Positions 20,918 through 31,741 of a stretch of DNA of 64,000 nt are shown one piece after another; within the stretch, counting starts at the first letter, position 1; every line of letters starts with the position of its first letter. The stretch covers positions 7,393 through 71,392 of the forward strand of contig JAQTQG010000005.1 of NCBI GenBank assembly GCA_028712375.1, given 5' to 3'. Below the pieces are notes generated by a model. That model searched no databases and had not been told where the DNA came from. It saw nothing but the letters and a program-made list of their open reading frames with translations. A program made the position numbers and the translations under genes. This DNA is from Candidatus Omnitrophota bacterium (lineage in GTDB: Bacteria > Omnitrophota > Gorgyraeia > Gygaellales > Profunditerraquicolaceae).

Positions 20918-22489
20918 ATGCATAAGATTGGTTTCAGTGTTGCAGTAGTTTGTTTTAGTTTGATGACCGAGTTGGCTATAGCGCAGGATTTTACCTGGGA
21001 AGAGATTGGAAAGGATAATTTAAATTGTCAGGCGATTTTAACCGGTGCGGCAAACAGCAATATAATTTTTGCAGGTAAAGCCGGAAGTGTATTTAAAGCT
21101 GAAGATGCTGCGGTTGCCTGGCGCAGAGTGTTAGCGGTGAAGGGGAGTTTTACCGATATTAATGCATTAGCGGCAGAGGATTCAAATCCGAACATTATTT
21201 ATGCCGCTACCGGAAACGGCTTATATCGCAGCAGTGATTTGGGAGAAAAATGGGAAAGGATCTTTCACGGTAAAAACGGGCTTGAAAATCAATGCACGGC
21301 GGTTTTGGTTATTGGAAGAAACATATTCGCCGGGACAAAAGCAGGCCTTTTTATCAGCAATGATTATGGCCGCTTCTGGCATAAGCAGCAAGTCGGAATA
21401 GCCAGTGGCTGCGTATTTAATATGGATTGGATGGCAGGAAAAGAACCAATTATTTATTTAGCTGCTTGTGGCGGCTTATTCCGGTCTTTAGATTTTGGTA
21501 AAAGCTGGGAAAAGGTATATTTAAATTTTTTAAACCGCAATGAAGATGAGAAAGAAGCTCAAGGGGAGGCGGATGAGCCGCAGGTTTTAAGTAGTATAAA
21601 TTTCATAAAAGTTGATCCGCATAAAAAGTTGTTATATTTTTCTTGTAATCGGGGTATATACCGCAGTTTAAGTCAGGGGCAGAGCTGGGAAAAGTTGCCA
21701 GAGTTTGGTTTATTAGACCGGGGCGTAAAGATGATTTGTTTATCCAGCAGCGCGCAGGTTTATGCGCTTACTCAATCAGGGGTCTTTTTGTATTGCGATG
21801 AGCGTTGGCAGGAGGTTTCTTTTGGTTTAGTGCTAGGAAAGCTGAAATATTTGACTATAGATAATTTAGATAATCTTTATGTTGCCGGGGAGAAGGGGGT
21901 ATCCAGATCTATACGCAACAATATCCATGGTTTTAAATGCAGTTCTTTAATTAGTGAGTATCTTCAATATGAGCCTTCTATTAGAGGTATCCAGAAAGCA
22001 GCGATAAACTACGCGGAGGTGAGCTCGGAGAAGATATCCCAATGGCGTAAAGCCGCGGCAAAAAAAGCATTTTTACCCCAGATTAATCTTGGCGTGGACC
22101 GTAATAGTAATGATTTATGGCACTGGGAAGGTGGTTCGACCACTAAGAGTGATGATGATGTCCTGCGGCGGGGGCGGGACAGTATTGATTGGGATATCAG
22201 TTTAAGCTGGGATTTAAGCGATTTAATCTGGAATGAAGCCCAGGCTAGTATTGATGTACGCTCAAAATTAATGGTGGAGTTGCGGGAGGATATTCTGGAT
22301 CAGGTCAATAAACTCTACTTCGAACGCTTAAGAGTAAGGAGTGAATTGGATAATTTAGGTATTGAAGATAGGAGTAAAAGGTTTCAAAAACAATTAAAAC
22401 TTGAAGAATTGGCTGCTTCATTAGATGCGCTTACTTGTGGTTATTATTCAGAGCGGCTGCATGCGTTAGCTCCAAAACAGCAGAATTAA
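20918..22489 (+). CDS. secreted BNR/Asp-box repeat beta-propeller protein (Ycf48/sialidase-like fold), function unknown
   Basis: Signal peptide; repeated S-x-D-x-G-x-(S/T)-W-like Asp-boxes (RSSDLGEKWERI, SNDYGRFWHKQ, RSLDFGKSWEKV, RSLSQGQSWEKL). Confidence 0.5.
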   Translation: MHKIGFSVAVVCFSLMTELAIAQDFTWEEIGKDNLNCQAILTGAANSNIIFAGKAGSVFKAEDAAVAWRRVLAVKGSFTDINALAAEDSNPNIIYAATGNGLYRSSDLGEKWERIFHGKNGLENQCTAVLVIGRNIFAGTKAGLFISNDYGRFWHKQQVGIASGCVFNMDWMAGKEPIIYLAACGGLFRSLDFGKSWEKVYLNFLNRNEDEKEAQGEADEPQVLSSINFIKVDPHKKLLYFSCNRGIYRSLSQGQSWEKLPEFGLLDRGVKMICLSSSAQVYALTQSGVFLYCDERWQEVSFGLVLGKLKYLTIDNLDNLYVAGEKGVSRSIRNNIHGFKCSSLISEYLQYEPSIRGIQKAAINYAEVSSEKISQWRKAAAKKAFLPQINLGVDRNSNDLWHWEGGSTTKSDDDVLRRGRDSIDWDISLSWDLSDLIWNEAQASIDVRSKLMVELREDILDQVNKLYFERLRVRSELDNLGIEDRSKRFQKQLKLEELAASLDALTCGYYSERLHALAPKQQN

Positions 22490-22509
22490 TCAGTAGCTTT
22501 AATTAAAAA

Positions 22510-22561
22510 AAGGAAAAAGGCAGTTCTTTTTTTGCAGAAGAATTCGCCTCTTTCCTTTTTT
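22510..22561 (+). terminator. probable terminator after the BNR gene
   Basis: AGGAAAAAGGC ... GCCTCTTTCCT stem with a long loop, then TTTTTT. Confidence 0.4.
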
Positions 22562-22640
22562 GCTTGCAATTACCGGGTGTTTATGTTAATTTAAGAAATC
22601 TCTCAATTTTATTAACCCCATAAAGCGAAGGACTAAAGGT

Positions 22641-22961
22641 ATGAGTACGCAGCATTTCACAGACACTGATTTTAAAAAAGAAGTATTGGATTCAGATTTG
22701 CCGGTTTTAGTGGATTTTTGGGCTGCTTGGTGCGGCCCATGTAAAATGATCGCTCCTTTAATTGATGAGATGGCCAATGAATATTCAGGTAAAATGAAAG
22801 TTGGCAAGGTAGATGTCGATTCTAACCCCAAGGTCGCTACCGAATACGGGGTAATGTCTATACCGACAATTATATTCTTTAAAAATGGCAAAGTAATGAA
22901 TCAACTTGTGGGGGCGCTAAACAAGGCGGAATTAAAGCGTAAAATTGAAGAAAATCTGTAA
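22641..22961 (+). CDS. trxA: thioredoxin
   Basis: WAAWCGPCK active site, 106 aa. Confidence 0.9.
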   Translation: MSTQHFTDTDFKKEVLDSDLPVLVDFWAAWCGPCKMIAPLIDEMANEYSGKMKVGKVDVDSNPKVATEYGVMSIPTIIFFKNGKVMNQLVGALNKAELKRKIEENL

Positions 22962-23024
22962 TCTCCGGTTTTGTTTCTAACTTAAGGCGCAGGGTCAAGA
23001 ATCAAATAAAATAGAAGGTGCAGG

Positions 23025-24116
23025 ATGCGTAAGATTTTTATTGCCGCCACTAAGCAGAATGACGGAAAAACCACGGTATCTCTGGGGATTATCCGTAATT
23101 TGCAGCAGAGATTTGGCAAGGTTGGTTTTATTAAACCTATCGGCCAGCGCTATCTGGAGGAAGAAGGTTTAAAAATTGACGAAGATTCTATCCTGATTGA
23201 GGAAGTTTGCGGAATAAAAAGCGGCCTTAAAGATATGAATCCGATTGCGGTAGAGAAAGGTTTTACCGAGAAATATATCGCTAAGCCGGATAAAAAAAAT
23301 ATTTCTAAACAAATTCAAGATTCTTTCCGCAGGGTTTCTAAAAATCAGGAATTAGTGGTAATTGAGGGTACCGGCCATGCCGGAGTGGGCTCGGTATTTG
23401 ACCATTCTAACGCGGCAGTAGCCAGGCTTCTAGGTTCCAAAGTGATTATAATTTCTTCCGGAGGTGTCGGCCGGCCGATTGATGAAATTATTTTAAATAA
23501 AGCCCTTTTTGAGAAGGAAGGGGTAAAGGTTCTGGGGGTAATTGTAAATAAAGTTTTACCGAATAAATTCGATAAGATTAACCGGCTGGTGAGGAAGGGG
23601 TTGCAAAGAAAAGGGGTGGATGTTTTAGGTGTGCTTCCTTATAACCCGATGTTAGCCCGGCCTTCCATTGAACAGATTTTAGAAGAAACGGATTTTCAGG
23701 TTCTTTGCGGAAAGCAATATTTAGAGCGTTCGGTTGCTAAGGTGATTGTCGCGGCGATGGAGCCGCGCGATGCTGCCGGCTATATCAGTGAAGATAGCCT
23801 GATGATTACTCCTGGCGACCGCAAAGACATGATTATGATCGCGCTGAATTGTTTCCGGGGGGATGCCGGCAATAAAAAACTGAAAATTTGCGGTTTAATT
23901 TTAACCTGCGGCATTACGCCTGAGCCGCCGATTATGGAGCTTCTGGAAAAAGCGCAAATTCCGGTTTTACTGTCTAAATCCGATACTTATGATGTGGCTA
24001 CCTGTGTGCATGATATCACAGTAAAAATCAGGCCTTGCGATACGGAGAAGATTGATGCGGTTGTGGAGTTAATTAAGGAGAATGTAGATTTTAAAAAAAT
24101 TTTGTCCCACCTTTAA
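23025..24116 (+). CDS. DRTGG/AAA-type N-terminal phosphotransacetylase regulatory domain as a stand-alone protein
   Basis: MRKIFIAATKQNDGKTTVSLGIIRNL...FIKPIGQ resembles the BioD/CobQ-like N-terminal domain of long-form Pta; sits directly upstream of the pta catalytic gene. Confidence 0.6.
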   Translation: MRKIFIAATKQNDGKTTVSLGIIRNLQQRFGKVGFIKPIGQRYLEEEGLKIDEDSILIEEVCGIKSGLKDMNPIAVEKGFTEKYIAKPDKKNISKQIQDSFRRVSKNQELVVIEGTGHAGVGSVFDHSNAAVARLLGSKVIIISSGGVGRPIDEIILNKALFEKEGVKVLGVIVNKVLPNKFDKINRLVRKGLQRKGVDVLGVLPYNPMLARPSIEQILEETDFQVLCGKQYLERSVAKVIVAAMEPRDAAGYISEDSLMITPGDRKDMIMIALNCFRGDAGNKKLKICGLILTCGITPEPPIMELLEKAQIPVLLSKSDTYDVATCVHDITVKIRPCDTEKIDAVVELIKENVDFKKILSHL

Positions 24117-24169
24117 TTTGTTCCAAGGTGGGAGCCCGCCAAAATAAATTGCGGGGAAAGGGATTTAAA

Positions 24170-25099
24170 ATGGATGCCATAAGCAGGATTCGTAAGCAAG
24201 CAGCACTTAAAATAAAGACTATTGTTTTACCTGAGTATGAAGATGCCCGCACTTTGGAAGCCGTAGAGATTATCCGTAAAGAAAAAATAGCTAATCCGTT
24301 TCTTTTAACTCCGGACTTGATTGATGAAGGCCAAAAAGAAAAATATATCCAAGAATATTATAAGCTTTACCAGTCTAAAGATATTGATTTGGATACAGTT
24401 AGAAAGTTGTTCAACGACAATCTTTATTATGCGGCAATGATGACGCGGGAAGGCAAGGCGGATGGTTTAGTGGCCGGCGCATCGCATACTACCGCGGATG
24501 TGGCGCGGGCATGTATTCGCTGTGTTGGTTTGGATGAGCGGTTTACTATTGCTTCCAGCTGCTTTATAATGGATGTGCCTAATTGCGAATATGGGGATAA
24601 GGGCACTTTTATTTTTGCTGATTGCGGAGTAATTCCGGACCCGAATGCCCGGCAGTTGTCCTGTATTGCTTTTACCGCTGCGGAACTGGCGGGTAAAGTA
24701 TTAAACCTTACTCCGCGGGTAGCTTTTTTGAGTTATTCTACTAAAGGTTCGGCCAGGACTAAATCCGCCGAAAAGATTGCGGAAGCTTTGGCTTTACTTA
24801 AAACTCTTTCGCCAACAATTTTAGCTGACGGGGAGTTACAGGGCGATGCTGCTATTGTTCCGGAAGTCGCCGGCATAAAATGCCCGGATAGCCCGATTAA
24901 CGGGCAGGCCAATGTATTGGTTTTTCCTAACCTGGAAGCCGGCAATATTGCTTATAAATTGGTGCAGCGTTTAAGCGGATGCCGGGCGATCGGCCCGTTA
25001 TTTTTAGGTTTAAATAAACCCGCTAGCGACCTGTCGCGCGGCTGTTTTGCTAAAGATATTGTTGATAGTGTGGCGGTTACCGCAGTCAGGGCGCAATAA
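24170..25099 (+). CDS. pta: phosphate acetyltransferase, catalytic PTA_PTB domain only
   Basis: IVLPEYEDARTLEA, GLVAG...T, and SRG/SKG motifs of the phosphate acetyl/butyryltransferase fold; the start is likely ATG 24170 (MDAISRI), not the ORF-track 24128. Confidence 0.8.
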   Translation: MDAISRIRKQAALKIKTIVLPEYEDARTLEAVEIIRKEKIANPFLLTPDLIDEGQKEKYIQEYYKLYQSKDIDLDTVRKLFNDNLYYAAMMTREGKADGLVAGASHTTADVARACIRCVGLDERFTIASSCFIMDVPNCEYGDKGTFIFADCGVIPDPNARQLSCIAFTAAELAGKVLNLTPRVAFLSYSTKGSARTKSAEKIAEALALLKTLSPTILADGELQGDAAIVPEVAGIKCPDSPINGQANVLVFPNLEAGNIAYKLVQRLSGCRAIGPLFLGLNKPASDLSRGCFAKDIVDSVAVTAVRAQ

Positions 25100-26157
25100 T
25101 GAAGATTTTAATTATTAATAGCGGAAGCTCATCGATTAAATACAAGCTTTTTGATATGCCTTCTGAAACCTTGGTGAAAAAAGGCGTCATTGAAAATATC
25201 GGTGAAGACGGCTCGAGGTTTAAAAATCATTATTCAGGTTTAAAAATTATACTTCAAGAAGCGGAATTGGTGGATGCGGTTGGCCATCGGGTAGTTCACG
25301 GTGCGGAAGATTTTAATAAACCTGCTTTAGTGGATTCTCGTGTAATTAAAGGGATTAAGAAATGCTCCGCTATTGCACCTTTGCATAATCCGGCTAATCT
25401 TTCCGGGATAACGGCTTGCCAGAAACTTCTGCCCGGAGTAAAACAAGTGGTAGTGTTTGATACAGCTTTTCATCAGAGCATACCGGAGTACGCTTTTATT
25501 TACGGGCTGCCGTATGATTACTACCAGAAATTAAGAGTCAGGAAATATGGCTTTCACGGTACCAGCCATGAATATGTCGCCGAAGAAGCCAGCCGCATTC
25601 TAAAGAAGCCCCTGAATAAATTAAATTTAATTACTTGTCATCTAGGCAATGGTTGCAGCATTACTGCTATTAAGCAAGGTAAGTCCGTAGATACCAGTAT
25701 GGGGTATACGCCTTTAGAAGGGTTGGTAATGGGTACGCGTTGCGGTGATGTTGACCCGGCTTTGATCACGCATATTATGCATAAGAAAAATTTAGACACT
25801 AGGCAAATGGACCGCATTTTAAACAAAGAGAGTGGTTTAAAGGGGATATCGGGAATAAGTAACGATATGCGCCTGCTTGATGAAAAGGCGCAAGCCGGAA
25901 ATAAGCGCGCAAAACTGGCTTTGGATATTTTTGTTTATCGTATCCGTAAATATATTGGGGCATATTTGGCAGTTTTAGGCAGGATAGACGCCTTAATTTT
26001 TACCGCGGGTATTGGGGAGAATAAAGCTTCAATTAGAGAAAGTGTTTGTCAGGATTTGTTTGCTTACTTGAAGAAGCCGCCAAAAATTATGGTTATTCCT
26101 ACAAATGAAGAGTTAATGATTGCCCGGCAAACTTATAAGTTGATTAATAACCGCTAA
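25099..26157 (+). CDS. ackA: acetate kinase
   Basis: MKILIINSGSSSIKYKLF, HRVVHGAE, VFDTAFHQS, ITCHLGNG, VIPTNEELMIA signature motifs; ATGA overlap with pta. Confidence 0.9.
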   Translation: MKILIINSGSSSIKYKLFDMPSETLVKKGVIENIGEDGSRFKNHYSGLKIILQEAELVDAVGHRVVHGAEDFNKPALVDSRVIKGIKKCSAIAPLHNPANLSGITACQKLLPGVKQVVVFDTAFHQSIPEYAFIYGLPYDYYQKLRVRKYGFHGTSHEYVAEEASRILKKPLNKLNLITCHLGNGCSITAIKQGKSVDTSMGYTPLEGLVMGTRCGDVDPALITHIMHKKNLDTRQMDRILNKESGLKGISGISNDMRLLDEKAQAGNKRAKLALDIFVYRIRKYIGAYLAVLGRIDALIFTAGIGENKASIRESVCQDLFAYLKKPPKIMVIPTNEELMIARQTYKLINNR

Positions 26158-26240
26158 AGAAGCAGGCTAGCTAACGCGGTTGTGCGGGTTGTTCTAGGTT
26201 TTACACCCGGGCTAATTGGAGGTGTAAAGGAGAAAATACA

Positions 26241-26591
26241 ATGTTAAGAACTATGTTGAAATCTAAAATTCACCGGGCCATAGTAACCGATGCCAATCTT
26301 TATTATGAAGGCAGCATTACTATTGATATGGATTTAATAAAAGCGGCTGATATTTTGGAACATGAGAAAGTGGAAGTGCTTAATCTTAACAATGGTTTGC
26401 GGATTGAGACTTATGTGATTAAGGGTAAGGCTGGAAGCGGTGTAATTTGTTTAAATGGCCCGGCGGCCCGGGGTGCTTGTCCCGGTGACCAGGTAATTAT
26501 TCTTTCTTATGTGGCTGTTGAAGACAAAGAAGCCAGATCGATAAAAGCTAAAATTATAAAAGTCGACGCCAAGAATAGAATTGTAAGGTAA
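26241..26591 (+). CDS. panD: aspartate 1-decarboxylase (pyruvoyl-dependent)
   Basis: [29 protein letters not shown], with the Gly-Ser self-cleavage site. Confidence 0.9.
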   Translation: MLRTMLKSKIHRAIVTDANLYYEGSITIDMDLIKAADILEHEKVEVLNLNNGLRIETYVIKGKAGSGVICLNGPAARGACPGDQVIILSYVAVEDKEARSIKAKIIKVDAKNRIVR

Positions 26592-26627
26592 AGTCGACGC
26601 TAAGAACAAAGACAGGGATTAAGCTTG

Positions 26628-27146
26628 ATGAATGGAATAAAATCAAAAATTAAGATATTTGGTGAGCCTGTTTTAAGAAAAAAAGCTAAGCCGGTTAACC
26701 AGATTACTGATGAGCACCGCCGGATTCTCAGCCAGATGGCTAAAGCGATGTATGATGATTCAGGGATTGGCCTGGCTGCTCCGCAAATCGGGTTAAGCGA
26801 ACAGTTAATTGTCGTGGACATCGGGGAGGGGCTTTATAAATTAGTTAATCCTAAAATTATCAAGAGCCAGGGTAAGCAGTCGATCAGCGAAGGGTGTTTG
26901 AGCGTTCCCGGGGTTTGCGTTAAGGTTAAACGCGCTAAACAAGTCTGGGTGCAGGCTCAAGATGAGAACAGCCGTTTTATAGAAATTGAAGCCAAAGATC
27001 TTTTTGCTTGTGTTTTACAGCATGAAATTGATCATTTGAAGGGTAAACTTATTATAGATTACGCTTCACTTTTAGAAAAATTACGCATTAAAAAAAGATT
27101 AGCTGACCTTAAAACAAAAGTAAAAGTTGTTAAGCTGCAGCTTTAA
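26628..27146 (+). CDS. def: peptide deformylase
   Basis: GIGLAAPQIG, EGCLSVPG and QHEIDHLKG metal-binding motifs. Confidence 0.9.
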   Translation: MNGIKSKIKIFGEPVLRKKAKPVNQITDEHRRILSQMAKAMYDDSGIGLAAPQIGLSEQLIVVDIGEGLYKLVNPKIIKSQGKQSISEGCLSVPGVCVKVKRAKQVWVQAQDENSRFIEIEAKDLFACVLQHEIDHLKGKLIIDYASLLEKLRIKKRLADLKTKVKVVKLQL

Positions 27147-27162
27147 AAAAAAGGATAATAAA

Positions 27163-28080
27163 TTGTTAAGCTATGATTTAGTAATAATCGGAGGAGGGCC
27201 GGCGGGATTGACTGCGGCGCTTTATGCCGGGCGCAGCCGACTGAATACGTTATTAATTGAGAAAATGTCTGTCGGCGGAAGGATTTTGATGAGTGAAACT
27301 ATCGAAAATTACCCGGGTTTTCCGGGTGGCGTATCGACAGTGGAATTGATGGGGCGCATGGAAAACCAGGCTAAAGAATTAGGGGTTAGTATCATAAGCG
27401 AGGAAGTCTTAAGCTTAGATTGCGCGAATAAAATTATTAATACCGCTAATAATAATTATCAGGCGCAGTCAGTGATTATTGCCAGCGGGGCTCGCCCGAG
27501 GCGATTAAATATTCCGGGGGAGGGGCAGCTCACCGGGCGCGGCGTTTCATATTGTGCTACCTGTGATGCCCCGTTTTTTAAAGATAAAAAAGTGGTGATT
27601 GTCGGAGGAGGAAATGCCGTTGCTGAAGAAGCAATGTATTTGAGCCGATTTGCCAGTTCAATTAGCGTAATTCATCGCCGCAGTGATTTGCGCGCTTCTC
27701 CGATTTTACAGGAGAGAATGCAGCAAAACAATAAAATCAGCTTTATTTTAAATAGCGTGGTTACTCAGGTCAAGGGAGTTAATAAGGTTGAAGCGGTCAT
27801 TATTAAAGATCTTTTAAGCGGCAAAGAAAGCGACTTTGCCTGTGCGGGGGTTTTTATTTATATCGGTTATGAGCCGGAAACCCTATTTTTAAAAAATAAA
27901 TTGAAGATGGATGAGTCCGGGTTTATCCTGACCGATGAGAACATGGCAACAACATCTGAAGGCATATTCGCCTGCGGTGATTGCCGGAAGAAAGCGCTTT
28001 ATCAAGTGATTAACGCCTGCGGTGATGGCGCAGTAGCAGCTGATTCTGCTTATAAGTTTATAGCAAACAAGGAAAAGTAA
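27163..28080 (+). CDS. trxB: thioredoxin-disulfide reductase
   Basis: YDLVIIGGGPAGLTAA FAD motif, CATCD redox-active disulfide, GGGNAVAEEA NADPH motif; probable TTG start at 27163 with SD AGGA. Confidence 0.85.
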   Translation: MLSYDLVIIGGGPAGLTAALYAGRSRLNTLLIEKMSVGGRILMSETIENYPGFPGGVSTVELMGRMENQAKELGVSIISEEVLSLDCANKIINTANNNYQAQSVIIASGARPRRLNIPGEGQLTGRGVSYCATCDAPFFKDKKVVIVGGGNAVAEEAMYLSRFASSISVIHRRSDLRASPILQERMQQNNKISFILNSVVTQVKGVNKVEAVIIKDLLSGKESDFACAGVFIYIGYEPETLFLKNKLKMDESGFILTDENMATTSEGIFACGDCRKKALYQVINACGDGAVAADSAYKFIANKEK

Positions 28081-29874
28081 ATGGAAAAAAATCCCACTGC
28101 TAGTAAAAAATTAAATGAATGGGTTGATAAAATGGCTAAGCTTTGCCGTCCTGAACGTATTGTTTGGATTGATGGCAGTGAGGAACAAAAGCTGGCTTTA
28201 GAAAAAGAATGCGTGGCAAGCGGTGAGTTGATCCGTTTAAACCAGGAAAAATTACCGGGTTGTTTTTTGCATCGTACCGCTTGGGATGATGTCGCGCGGA
28301 CCGAGCATCTGACTTTTATCTGCACTAAAAAGAAACGCGAAGCCGGGCCGAATAATAACTGGATGTCTCCTGCGGCTGCCTACCGTAAAGCCAAAGCAAT
28401 ATTTAAAAATTCTATGGCCGGCAGGACAATGTATGCGATTCCTTTCTCTATGGGGCCGGTCGGTTCTTCTTTTAGTAAAATCGGCGTGGAATTAACCGAT
28501 TCACGTTATGTCGTTTTAAATATGTTGATTATGACCCGTTGCGGGGAACAGGTTTTAAGGCAATTGGAAAAAGAAGATGATTTTACCAAGTGTTTGCACT
28601 CTAAAGCCGAATTAGATATTAAAAAACGTCTGATTCTGCATTTTCCGGAAGATAACACTATCTGGAGTGTAAATTCCGGATATGGCGGAAATGTCCTTTT
28701 AGGAAAAAAATGCCTTGCTTTACGCATCTCTAGTTTTGCCGCCCGTAGAGAAAAATGGATGGCAGAGCATATGCTGATTATGGGGATTGAGGAGCCGAAC
28801 GGGCATATTGAATATATCGCGGCTGCTTTTCCCAGCGCTTGCGGTAAAACAAACCTGGCGATGTTAATTCCTCCGGAGGGCCTGAAAAATAAAGGTTACC
28901 GGGTGTGGACGGTGGGCGATGATATTTCATGGATGCGCGTAGATTCCGATGGCTCGCTCTGGGCGATTAATCCGGAAACCGGGTTCTTCGGGGTTGCTCC
29001 CGGGACTAATTCTAATGCTAATCCAAATATGGTAAAAACTATTCAAAAGAATACGATTTATACCAATGTTCTTTTGAAGCCGGATAATACGGTTTGGTGG
29101 GAAGGGGCGGATGGGGATGTTCCCAGCCAGGGTATTGATTGGAAGGGTAATCCCTGGAAATCGAATACTTTAGATTCCGAAGGACATGTTATTAAGGGAG
29201 CGCATCCTAATGCGCGTTTTACTACTCCGATTGTCAATTGTCCTTCAGCATCATTCAGGCTGGAACAGCATCACGGTGTTCCGATATCGGCGATTATCTT
29301 TGGCGGCAGGCGCCAGCATGTTGCCCCGCTGGTCTATGAAGCTTTTAACTGGCAGCATGGTGTATTTGTGGGTGCGACGATGGGTTCGGAATTGACTGCC
29401 GCCCAGGTAGGTAAAATCGGCCAGGTACGCCGGGACCCGATGGCGATGTTGCCTTTTTGCGGTTACAATATGGCGGATTATTTCCGGCATTGGTTAAATA
29501 TGGGTAAGCTGATGGCTAAGCCTCCGAAAATATTTCACGTCAACTGGTTCAGAATGAATGAGCATGGCAAATTTCTCTGGCCGGGATTTTGTGAAAATTT
29601 AAGGGTCCTGGAATGGGTTTTAGACCGCTGCAATGACAGGGTTAATGCTATGCATACTCCTATCGGTTATTTGCCTTATCCGTTTAACATTGATATGACC
29701 GGGATTAATCTTCCTAATGGAGTCCTGGAAAAACTTCTGAAAGTCGACAAGGAGGACTGGCTGGAAGAGCTCAAAGGTATCAGTAAATTCTTTAATGATT
29801 TTAAAAAGGATTTGCCTAAGGAGCTTTGGCAGGAGCATGATGCTTTATTGGAAAGGCTGAAAAAAGATGGATGA
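28081..29874 (+). CDS. pckG: phosphoenolpyruvate carboxykinase (GTP)
   Basis: 597 aa; kinase-1a P-loop CGKTNLAML, and FGGRR, NWF motifs of GTP-dependent PEPCK. Confidence 0.9.
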   Translation: MEKNPTASKKLNEWVDKMAKLCRPERIVWIDGSEEQKLALEKECVASGELIRLNQEKLPGCFLHRTAWDDVARTEHLTFICTKKKREAGPNNNWMSPAAAYRKAKAIFKNSMAGRTMYAIPFSMGPVGSSFSKIGVELTDSRYVVLNMLIMTRCGEQVLRQLEKEDDFTKCLHSKAELDIKKRLILHFPEDNTIWSVNSGYGGNVLLGKKCLALRISSFAARREKWMAEHMLIMGIEEPNGHIEYIAAAFPSACGKTNLAMLIPPEGLKNKGYRVWTVGDDISWMRVDSDGSLWAINPETGFFGVAPGTNSNANPNMVKTIQKNTIYTNVLLKPDNTVWWEGADGDVPSQGIDWKGNPWKSNTLDSEGHVIKGAHPNARFTTPIVNCPSASFRLEQHHGVPISAIIFGGRRQHVAPLVYEAFNWQHGVFVGATMGSELTAAQVGKIGQVRRDPMAMLPFCGYNMADYFRHWLNMGKLMAKPPKIFHVNWFRMNEHGKFLWPGFCENLRVLEWVLDRCNDRVNAMHTPIGYLPYPFNIDMTGINLPNGVLEKLLKVDKEDWLEELKGISKFFNDFKKDLPKELWQEHDALLERLKKDG

Positions 29875-30748
29875 GCGTGTTTTATTAAAAACGGAATTCC
29901 AGGATTTACCTCTTTTCCGCAGAGGCAAGGTTAGGGATGTTTATGACTTGGGTGATAAGCTGCTGATTGTCTCTACTGACCGCATATCCTGTTTTGATGT
30001 GGTGTTGCCCAGCGGGATTCCGCACAAAGGAGAGGTGCTCACCAGTATCTCCGGATTTTGGTTTGATTTTATAAAAGATATAATCGGGCATCATTTAATT
30101 ACTACTGATATTGAACAGTATCCCTTGGAGCTTAAGAAATATAAAACAGACCTGGCGGGTCGGTCAATGCTGGTTTTAAAAACCAAACCTTTGCCGGTAG
30201 AATGCGTTGTCCGGGGGTATTTATCCGGTTCAGGTTGGAAAGAATACCAGCAAAAACAATCAGTTTGCGGTATTGATCTGCCCAAAGGGTTGAAAGAATC
30301 TGAAAAACTGCCGCAGGTTATCTTTACTCCATCCACGAAAGCCGAAGTCGGGCATGATCAGAATATCAGCCAGAAGCATGTTGAAGAGCTTGTAGGGATT
30401 GATATGGCGAACCGTTTAAAAGAAGCCAGTATCGCTATTTATAGGCGCGCCAGCGAGTATGCTTTAAAAAAAGGTATTATTATCGCGGATACTAAATTCG
30501 AGTTCGGTATTTACCAGGGCCGTTTGATTATTATTGATGAAGTGCTTACCCCGGATTCATCGCGTTTTTGGCCGTTAAATGAATATCGGGCGGGAAAAGG
30601 GCAGCCGAGTTTTGACAAGCAATTTGTGCGCGATTATCTGGAAGCTTTAGGCTGGGATAAAACTCCTCCTGCGCCCCCATTACCGCAGGAAGTGATCCGC
30701 GTAACTACCGAAAAATATTTAGAAGCTTATCGTAAGTTGACATCCTAA
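29867..30748 (+). CDS. purC: phosphoribosylaminoimidazole-succinocarboxamide synthase (SAICAR synthetase)
   Basis: [25 protein letters not shown] and [10 protein letters not shown] motifs. Confidence 0.85.
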   Translation: MDERVLLKTEFQDLPLFRRGKVRDVYDLGDKLLIVSTDRISCFDVVLPSGIPHKGEVLTSISGFWFDFIKDIIGHHLITTDIEQYPLELKKYKTDLAGRSMLVLKTKPLPVECVVRGYLSGSGWKEYQQKQSVCGIDLPKGLKESEKLPQVIFTPSTKAEVGHDQNISQKHVEELVGIDMANRLKEASIAIYRRASEYALKKGIIIADTKFEFGIYQGRLIIIDEVLTPDSSRFWPLNEYRAGKGQPSFDKQFVRDYLEALGWDKTPPAPPLPQEVIRVTTEKYLEAYRKLTS

Positions 30749-30754
30749 AAAATA

Positions 30755-31741
30755 ATGCTCAAAATTAAAAGCATATTGATTTTTCTCCTCAGAATCGGCA
30801 TTAGTGTCTTATTACTATTATTTTTATTTAAGTCCAATAAGATCGATTTGCACGTCTTATTGGGGGATATCAAGGGGACGGATAAGCGCCTGTTGGCCGC
30901 GGGTTTTGTTATTTATTCTTTTACTTATTTGTTCGGGTTTTTACGCTGGCAGATGCTGCTGCGGACAGCCGGAATCAGCGCTTCTTTTAGAAAAATTATC
31001 AGCTCATTCTCCGGTGGAGTTTTTTTTAGCATTTTTCTGCCTTCGACTATCGGAGGGGATTTGATCCGGTCAGCGGATTTAGCCGGCCATACGAAAAAAA
31101 CCAAAGAAGTAATCGCTACGGTGTTTTTAGACAGATTAAGCGGCTACATCGGTTTAGTGCTTATAATTCTGCCCGGTTTGCTGCTGGGTGGCAAATTAGT
31201 CCTGGATAAGCTTGTTTTATCTTCAGTTGCGGCCATTGTCATCTTGTTAGTGATCGGGCTTTTAGTCCTTTTTAACAGCAGTATTTATGCCGGGATCAGC
31301 AGGTTTCTTAGCGCTCCGGGTGCCGGAAAGATAAAAGAAATTATCCGGGATATGCATCAGGAGATCCATGTTTTTCGTAACCACAAACGGATTATTATTT
31401 TAAACCTGTTTTTGTCTTTTTTAGTCCAATTATTTGCAGTTTTGTGTATATACCTTATCGGCCTTTCTCTGGGCATAAAAGTAAGTTTTGTCTATTTTCT
31501 TATTTTTCTCCCGATTATTGGAGCAATTACTCTTTTGCCGGTTGCCATCAGCGGTTTAGGCTTAAGGGAAAGTTTGTTCGTACTTTATTTCGCGAAAGTC
31601 GGGGTAATTAAGCAATTGGCTTTAGCGATGTCCCTTTTGTCTTTTTCTTTTACTGTTTTTTGCGGTGCTATCGGAGGGCTTATTTATGTCTTTACAGTAC
31701 GTTATAGACGCCTGCAATCTGATAAACCATCCCGCGTTTAA
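30755..31741 (+). CDS. flippase-like / lysylphosphatidylglycerol-synthase transmembrane-domain family membrane protein
   Basis: 328 aa, about 8 TM helices, general UPF0104-like layout; no catalytic domain. Confidence 0.45.
   Translation: MLKIKSILIFLLRIGISVLLLLFLFKSNKIDLHVLLGDIKGTDKRLLAAGFVIYSFTYLFGFLRWQMLLRTAGISASFRKIISSFSGGVFFSIFLPSTIGGDLIRSADLAGHTKKTKEVIATVFLDRLSGYIGLVLIILPGLLLGGKLVLDKLVLSSVAAIVILLVIGLLVLFNSSIYAGISRFLSAPGAGKIKEIIRDMHQEIHVFRNHKRIIILNLFLSFLVQLFAVLCIYLIGLSLGIKVSFVYFLIFLPIIGAITLLPVAISGLGLRESLFVLYFAKVGVIKQLALAMSLLSFSFTVFCGAIGGLIYVFTVRYRRLQSDKPSRV

Noticed and set aside
22586-22891. 101-aa minus-strand ORF
   Set aside because: It overlaps the thioredoxin gene, which carries the canonical WCGPC motif.
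26558-26606. Direct repeat AAGTCGACGCYAAGAA (twice, 30 nt apart) across the panD stop codon
   Set aside because: It is short (15-16 nt). One copy is coding and the other lies in the 34-nt intergenic space before def. It is probably a chance or slippage duplication and has no structural follow-up.
30804-31064. 86-aa + strand ORF rich in Cys/Arg
   Set aside because: It is an alternative frame inside the flippase-like membrane-protein gene and has no initiation signals.
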